Below, one piece after another: positions 55,955 through 64,000 of a stretch of 64,000 nt of DNA. The notes under the pieces were generated by a model, which saw nothing but the letters and a program-made list of their open reading frames with translations, was not told the origin of the DNA and made no database searches. The DNA is from the human T2T-CHM13v2.0 reference genome, Homo sapiens: NCBI RefSeq assembly GCF_009914755.1, contig NC_060927.1. One strand, given 5' to 3'. Position 1 is the stretch's first letter, and the number at the start of each line of letters is the position of its first letter. Position numbers and translations under genes: made by a program.

Positions 55955-56009
55955 GTGTGTGTGTGTGTGTGTCTCTCTCTGTCTCACACACACACACAAA
56001 CACACACAC
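55955..56009. repeat. Compound (GT)n(CT)n(CA)n microsatellite
   Basis: Seen directly. Confidence 0.95.
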
Positions 56010-57014
56010 TTCTCTTTTTCAAATTACAGGGAATATGAGCAATGAACAAATGTTTTGCTTCCTAATAGCACCAACATTTTTTTTTAAAAGTATCAAGACT
56101 CTCTTGAAATTCCTATATTTTGTCCAAACATGTAGTCAAAAGTGGTGAACTAGTCATTGCCAGTTTTATGCCCTTGGGTAAGAGATAAACTTTATCAAAT
56201 GACAGCAAAAAGAGAAGGATGGTTAGAAAGAGAAATGATCACGAATTACACACTAATTCAGTAGTGGAGCCAGCTAAGAAGGTACTATTTCCTTTCCCTG
56301 TCTCTGGACCTAATCATCTAACTTCAAAAAGTCAACTGCCAAAAGAGAGAGAAGATGCCTCCTCTACCATGACATTACCATCAAAGTGTTCAAGCTTTAG
56401 AAAGGAATACCTAAAGTAATGAATGCTTGCAAAAGAAAATCTATGCTGTCTGTACTTGGGTGGGAATTCAGTAAAAAAGAATTCCTCCTTCACAATTAAT
56501 AATGAAAAAAAAAACCTATTTCATTAACATCAAAAAAACCCTAGGAAAAATTAGGCAGCAAAACAATTCTGAGTGTCTCAGATAAGGCCTGAAAATCAGA
56601 ATCTAGTCACTTGGGATCCAGAGAGATGTGACGCTGTTGTTGAGAGTTTATGCTGAGAGTAAAAATTAGGTAGCAAAAAGTCTCTATATAAGATTGTAAT
56701 ATAATCCTTTTTTTTAAACAGAAATAATAACCTTTTCTTCCTTTCTCTTTGTATAAACACAGTACCTAGGACATAATAGATGCTAAATGTTTATTGCATA
56801 GGTAAATAAATAAACATTATTTTCAAGCACTCCAAAACGAGATTTAAAATAATTAGCATAAAGAATTATAAACATAGAAAGCCTTTTAGATTCAAAAACC
56901 ATAAGCATAGAACTAATAAAAACTGCATAGGAGAAGTTCAAAACCCACATATTAACCTCCCAATAAATTTGTTAATCTCGATTTCCAGTAACAACACTGT
57001 TATTGCAAAACCAA

Positions 57015-57355
57015 TACATCTTAGGCTAATGGGCTAATTGCTTCAGCAAACATCTTAGAAGCCTCACTGTTTTCACACAATGAACTTTTCATTCTTGTTT
57101 ACGTCTGAGTCTAAGGCAGGAGTGGGATGTGGAGGCGAGATACTCTGCACCATGAAGCTATTCAGGGACCTTGATATTTTAATCTGTTGGTTCTTTCATT
57201 GCCTATCACCTCAGGATTATCCACAGGATGCCCTCCATTTAGCCAGCAGATGATAGAGACAGGGAGCATGTGGTAAATGGTATGGGAGGTTTTGTGGTTC
57301 AGGCAGGGATATGGGCACATTCCTTCTGCCCACATTCCACTGGCCAGAACTCAGT
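57015..57355. mobile_element. MLT1-type MaLR LTR fragment
   Basis: cttctgcccacattccactggccagaactcagtc; tattcagggacc. Confidence 0.6.
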
Positions 57356-57399
57356 CTTTGACTTTAAGTCAGACGGGCTGAAGAGCTTCCTTTTGATAA

Positions 57400-57680
57400 A
57401 TAATAGGCATGTTAGTTTTTAAGCAGAGAAATGACCAAGATGAAAGTTGGGAAGTACATTGGCCATGCTGAGTAGAAGAACCTAGTGAAGGGATAAACTA
57501 GACACAGGGAGATCTGTTAAGAAGCTATTGCAGTAATGTGGGCAGAGAATGATGAGGCTCAGACTAAAGTAGTAGAAAAAGAATAACAAGAAAATGATGA
57601 ATTTGCAACATACATTGACTGACTTGTCGACTGAACAGGAATGAACCAAGTAATATTCTTGGGTTTTACAAATTTATAAA
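57400..57680 (-). mobile_element. L2 fragment
   Basis: tttttaagcagagaaatgac...gttaagaagctattgcagtaat..ggcagagaatgatgaggc. Confidence 0.6.
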
Positions 57681-58869
57681 ATTTGGGTGGGCTTTTAGTT
57701 AACTGATGCATTTTTTTGTTGGTTTATTAGTTTTTTCTCAAAGGGATTATGATAATAAAGATTTAAATGTGAAGGAAGTTCATAGAATGCAGTGTCTGTG
57801 GGAAGTCAGGGAAAGCTAATGAAGAGTCAAGAAAAAACAAAGGGAATGTTTTGAAATTCTGTAGATCACATCGAGGATTTTAAACTCAATGTGTGATAGC
57901 AAATTAAGTGTCAAAAGAGGACAAATTATCTTCAAATATTTTCCCCTATTTGTTTTGTTGCTATTCTCCACAACTGCCAAACATTCAGATGCAAATAAAA
58001 TGCTTGAATAAATAATTCCATTTTGGCTGTGGCAACTGGCTTACAGTATGCATTTTGGGAAATTCTGTAAAGATGTTATTTTTAGGGCTTTGAGGAGAAA
58101 AACTACCTGGGAAGCTAACTGGTAACCACTTAATCAGACAATTGATCTAATTGAAATAGCTTTAGTCACATTGTTGACATGTATTATAGCAATTAACTAA
58201 TGCTCAATAAGTTTAAAATACATCATGAAAAGTCCATTACTTAGACAAATAAGGGTGCCATTAATCCCTAAAAAAAAAATCTACATTTCAAAGCCTTCCT
58301 GCAGCCTTTCTGCAATTTATGAGAGACAAGGACATAGCAGCAGTACCGAGCACAGGGTGATCCCTTTAGTGGTAGTAACAGCCAGAGTGATTAACTTAAT
58401 GTGAGAGCATTTCCATTTCCTTGAGCATGTCAGCACCCCCCTCTTGAGTCCCACCTGGGGCCAATTACCAGAAAATTCCAGAATATTCATATTCTCTCTG
58501 TACTGGGTCATTCACAATAAAAACAAAAGAGACTTCCTTTCTTTAGGTCTTCTACACATTTAATTCTTTTAATGGAAAGAAACGAATTCACATACATCTC
58601 TCAGTTGTTCAATACAAACTTGGGAGAAGTACTTTTCGGCATCTATGCTGTTTCTAGGCAACAGGAACATTTTAAATAAAATTTTCATTAATTTCTCAAC
58701 AATTATGCAATAATTTACACGTGCAAGTACTCTATCAAATACCTTTCATCATACATATTCATAAAGTAGAATTTGAAAAATACGCTCACACAGTAATAGA
58801 TTCAGAGTGCAAAATGGAGCAGCAGAATTCCTAAACAGGAACATGTCATTGCTAACAAATAATAAAGCA

Positions 58870-59075
58870 CCAAAGAATACTTGAGCTACTATGAAACAAG
58901 TACTCTTTACTTAATCCTTGTCACAACCAAATAACGTAGATGCTGATATTAATCTCTATTTAGAGATAAGTAAACTGAGGCACCAGAGGGTAAGTAACTT
59001 GCTGTAAGTCACACAGTTGGGAAATGACAGAGAAAATGCAGGGACTCGGCTGGCTGCAGGGTTCACCCTCTTAAC
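58870..59075 (-). mobile_element. MIR
   Basis: gataagtaaactgaggcaccagagggtaagtaacttgc..aagtcacacagt. Confidence 0.8.
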
Positions 59076-59975
59076 CCCTTGATGTCTCTTGGAGCAGGAG
59101 CACAGAGAATATTTCAGTATCAGAAGCTACATATGTGGTTTGTAGGATGGGAAGGGCATGGGCAAGAAAGGAGCAGAAGGGGTGAAACGGAAGTGTTAGG
59201 CAAGGATCAGGTGATAAGATATTTGGATAATAGAAATTACAAAACTATTTGCTAATAATTCCAGTAAGAACAGTGATAATCATAAGGCTGTGGATTTGCA
59301 CAAAACATGCAAAAAGGTAATGGACAAATCAGGGTTGGAGCCTCAGCCATCTGCATCTATTTCCAGTCTTTTGAAAAATAAATACTGTTCAAGTAACTCT
59401 CCATTGAGAGAGGCTGGGAAATAAAATTTGTTTACTTGTAATTAACGTTGGTCACCTTTCCTGAATTGTTGCTTAGATGCCAAAGATTTCTACCTACATC
59501 TTGCTTTCAGAATTTTCTGCCGAGGATCAAACTCATGTTACCGATTGCAGTTTCCTCAGTAAAATTGTCTGTGACATTCTCAAGACCTATCAAATAGAAT
59601 GTTCTGCATCAACACATGTTTCTATAAGACCAATTTTCTCTTGATTAGAAAATACATCTCAGAATCTGTGTACACAGGCAAATGTCTTTGCCACTATTGC
59701 TCCTAGTAAGTTGCAATCACCCATGCACTATATCACTTTTAACAAAACAACTAATTTTTATTTCTGATTACTAGAGCATAGGTAATTGAGAGCTATCTGT
59801 CATACGCAAGATTTGAGCATACCAGAAATTTCATAAATGCATACGATGCACACATTCTTTTTATACTTTCTTAAAGTGGTTAGATAGAAAACCAAAAGTG
59901 CCCCAGGCTAGATTTCCCAGTGAGGAGATATTGATATGGAGATAAACATGAAGGAAGATTATCAGGGAATACTTT

Positions 59976-60479
59976 TGTTACTGAAATACCAGGGGCTCAG
60001 TCTAAGTCCCATTCCTCCCTCCACAGAAAGCCAATCGCTGAGACAACAAGTATTGCCAGGGAAGAAGGTTATTCAGATTCTGCAGCCAAGGAAAACAGGA
60101 TATCGGTTTCAAATGCATCTCCCCAACCAACTAAAATTAAGGTTTTCTATAGCAGGACAGAAATGTAACTATGTGTGGGAAAACAGCAATTAGTTGGGGG
60201 ATGGGGGCAAGGGAGAGGTGTTAGGCCAACAGGAAGCCAGGTGGTCAGTTAAGCAATCATGACCGAAGAGGGGTCTGGTGTCTTATTGTCTAGATGTGGT
60301 GATCTGGTGAGTTTCAGTTCACTGATACTCTCTGGAAGGTCTGATGTTTAGTTTCCTGAGAAAGGAACTCAGATAAGACAAATGTAAGTTTCTCAAGTTT
60401 GAAGACTGGAAGGGTCAATTTCTATGTTCATTCAAGAAACCATAAACATCAGTTCTATGGGACAACTGGGCCAGTATCA
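59976..60479 (-). mobile_element. MER66-type ERV1 LTR (3' LTR of a provirus)
   Basis: Reverse complement begins tgatactggcccagttgtcccatagaactgatgtttatggtttcttgaatgaacatagaaattgaccc; purine-rich PPT-like agaaaagagtaac immediately upstream on the minus strand. Confidence 0.85.
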
Positions 60480-62516
60480 GTTACTCTTTTCTATTTATCA
60501 ATTCCTCAATCATGGGGAATCTGGGCATAGATCTTTCCGGCTGCTTCATGCTGAGGAGGAGTGTTATGGGATACTATGATGTTTAATAACATAGATAACC
60601 CACATTTAAGTGTTTTGTTAAACCTGTTGAGTTAAAGAAGTTAAAGAGCCAAAGCTCCTCAATGTGTCAACTGTTTAGGCATCTGTGTGCCCATCCTTGA
60701 ATTGGAGGGTCTGAACTAATTTTATTCTTCAAAATTGGCCCTTACAATCTCAAGCCCCCACTGTCTCTTCTGTAATAATCCCTGATTCTAGAGGAATTAA
60801 ATAGTTTAATTTTTGGCCCTGTGTTTCATGAAAGCAATTCATTTTGATTGTCACCTTCTCCCAGGTCTACAGATGAGGCTTGCACTGGTGTCAGTGTTTT
60901 AGATTTACCCAGGAGTCAAAGCCCTGTAATTTAGCACAAAGATTAGTTAATAGGACATCTATCAAAAATGTTAAAAGCATCAATACATTTGGTCAAAACA
61001 GAATCACAAGTCATTGAAAAAAATAGTTATTCATTTAACCAAAGTGCTAATCAAAACACTATGAAAGCAATACAGAAATAAAATTACAATAAAGGAGCAT
61101 TCTACCCACAATTTGCAGATAGACTACTTTGCTATAAAATAAGTTTCTGTCTATGATATAAATGATCAAGTATAGTATATACATTTATGCTAAGAATAGA
61201 AGACAATATTTAATGAAATGTTTAGAGACATAAAAAAGAACATTTAGAAATTAGTGTTTCAGTTTACTAATACAGCAGCGAGTCCTGTTGTTCTCTCTAA
61301 CATATCACAAATTAAAACACTGTGATTTGGTGTCTAGTAGTTACCATCTACAGCACTTCAAACCATTGTATTAAAGTAGTTAGGTCACTGCTTGTATATA
61401 CCTAATCACTAGCACTCTAGTGACAGAACTGTGACCAAAGCATGAAAAATGCGATCGGTCCTATACCAGACTTATCAATGTAAGACAATTAACATTTTTC
61501 TTTGTCATTAAAAAAGTAGTATATGCAAATATTAGTTTTTGAAATTCAAAATGAGGATAAATAATCTTCTTTCTCTTAAATACTATAAAACAAGGGCAAA
61601 GTAAGAACAAACAATGATTTCTTTTCAGCCATATTAAAAGGCATCATCACATATTTCCAAGATTGGCTTCTAGATACAATAGTGACACCTGATTAGGTAA
61701 CTATCATCAATGGAATCTTCAAACCAGAGCCACACTTGTACATATTTTATTTTCAAGTGCACACATGAAGGCCCATCATCAGTAATAAAAGACTTAGGAT
61801 AAAAATTTAAAAACCACTAGAAAGTTTCACAAGTTTTTATTGCTAATTAATCTAAGAGAATGTCAGTAAATTTTAATAATGGTAAATACAACTAAAGTAG
61901 TTTGAGATAAATCCTATTTAATATAGTTTCCTTAAGGACAGGGCCAACATTCCTCAACATTAAAACTTTGTACCCATATCACAGTTTGTCCTCATTACTT
62001 AAGGAAAAGATCTGAAACCAACTCAAATTATTGATTAAATTAAATTACTTTGGAAAAAAACAATACTTAAAAATTTCTATTCTCACCTACTTTTCCAAAT
62101 AACAAAATAAATAGTGTACTATTGCTGTTCAGAACTTATAAAAATAAGTCTTTATTTTAAAACTCTCTAGATCATTAGAAGTAAGCAAAACCAATCCAAT
62201 TTTAAATGGCTGGTGTGCTCTATCTTTTTTTGGAGGCATGGCAAAGGTAGCTTAGGAATTTTAGATAAATAGAGCAAATGATGAATTGTTGGAAATGCAT
62301 ACGAAACAAAATAACTACTATAGAACCAAATAAAAGCCTTCCATTAGAAACTAAAAACGTCGGTGGCTTTATATATATATGTATGTATAGGTGAAACCCG
62401 AAGGAGAACAAACAGCAAATAAATGAAAATTAAAAGGAGAAACATAAACAGAAAATCCACTCTAAATTTTTCTCTTACTCAATTTAACATTGGAAGTTAT
62501 GGTGTTACCCAGAGCC

Positions 62517-62518
62517 TA

Positions 62519-62558
<40 letters not shown>
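62517..62558. repeat. (CA)n microsatellite
   Basis: Seen directly. Confidence 0.95.
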
Positions 62559-62560
<2 letters not shown>

Positions 62561-62642
62561 ATTTTGTTCCTGGTACACAAATTAATGTCTTAATGTCCAC
62601 CAATACCACTATACATTTCATGCCATTAAGAAATTCACTTCA

Positions 62643-63056
<414 letters not shown>

Positions 63057-63236
63057 CTAAAAGCATGCTAAATCTGGCTTCATGTTTAAAAAAGAATTGT
63101 CAAACTGTTAATTTATTTCTTTACAATATTTCTTACTTTACCTTCATCAAGACTAAGAGCTTTATCTACGGGAAATGTTAATTTGCCAGATTTCTCTAAT
63201 TTTCTATCAGGTTTTAAAGAATAGTCTACTATCTAA

Positions 63237-63543
<307 letters not shown>

Positions 63544-64000
63544 CTAGTCTTTTTAACCTTCTATTTTCTCTGTATGTACATGAAGGTGATAGAGAAACAG
63601 AAAAAAAAAAATTCATATGACATGCTTACACTTTCTGTTTTGTCCTAAATTTTCTTTTTAAATAACAAGTCATTTTACTATAGTACAAAAATTTACCATA
63701 CAAGATTCTTTCTCATACGAAAATATTTTCTTTAACCTTCCTTAACAAAAATGTATCTTCATATCCATAACTTTCTCCTGTCTCTCTCCCATACTTACTG
63801 GTTCCTTTCTTCCTGATTTCATAAATAAGCTTTCCAAGTCTATAATTAGAATTAACCTTTAGGTAACTTCTGAATTCGACAAAATTACTATTTTTCTCAA
63901 TAAAAACGTATCTTCTTTGGCACATTTTATATACAGAATTTTATATTAACTAGAATTCTTATTCTTGCTAATCTTAAATGTTAATGAAAACTAGGAGGCA

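Overview
Primate genomic DNA, most likely human or ape (AluY/AluS/AluJ, THE1, L1PA). It is AT-rich, CpG-depleted and has no CpG island. By my rough estimate over half of the window is recognisable interspersed repeat: ten Alus, several L1 fossils (including a 4.4-kb L1MA-type 5'UTR-ORF1-ORF2 piece and a long decayed L1M), about 16 solo LTRs (MLT2A, MER67/31, MER90, MER39, MER52, MER49-like, THE1, MLT1), the 3' end of a MER66-type provirus running off the right edge, MIR/L2, MER30, MER33/3 and MADE1. I find no credible protein-coding exon, tRNA or rRNA; the ORF-track entries are repeat-derived or chance. The window reads as intergenic or deep-intronic. I found no convincing new biological system. 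The most notable observations are mechanistic fossils: a ~260-bp TSD-flanked L1 that joins the inverted extreme 5' end to the extreme 3' end, a templated inverted insertion in an L1 ORF2, an Alu with a duplicated 3' end, a MADE1 hairpin with an internal duplication, and nested insertions. Candidate regulatory sites include tandem ARE/MARE motifs, a GATA/E-box/RUNX cluster and an intact DUX4 motif in a THE1 LTR. Repeat subfamily names come from recalled consensus sequences, not from a search, and boundaries without TSDs are approximate.
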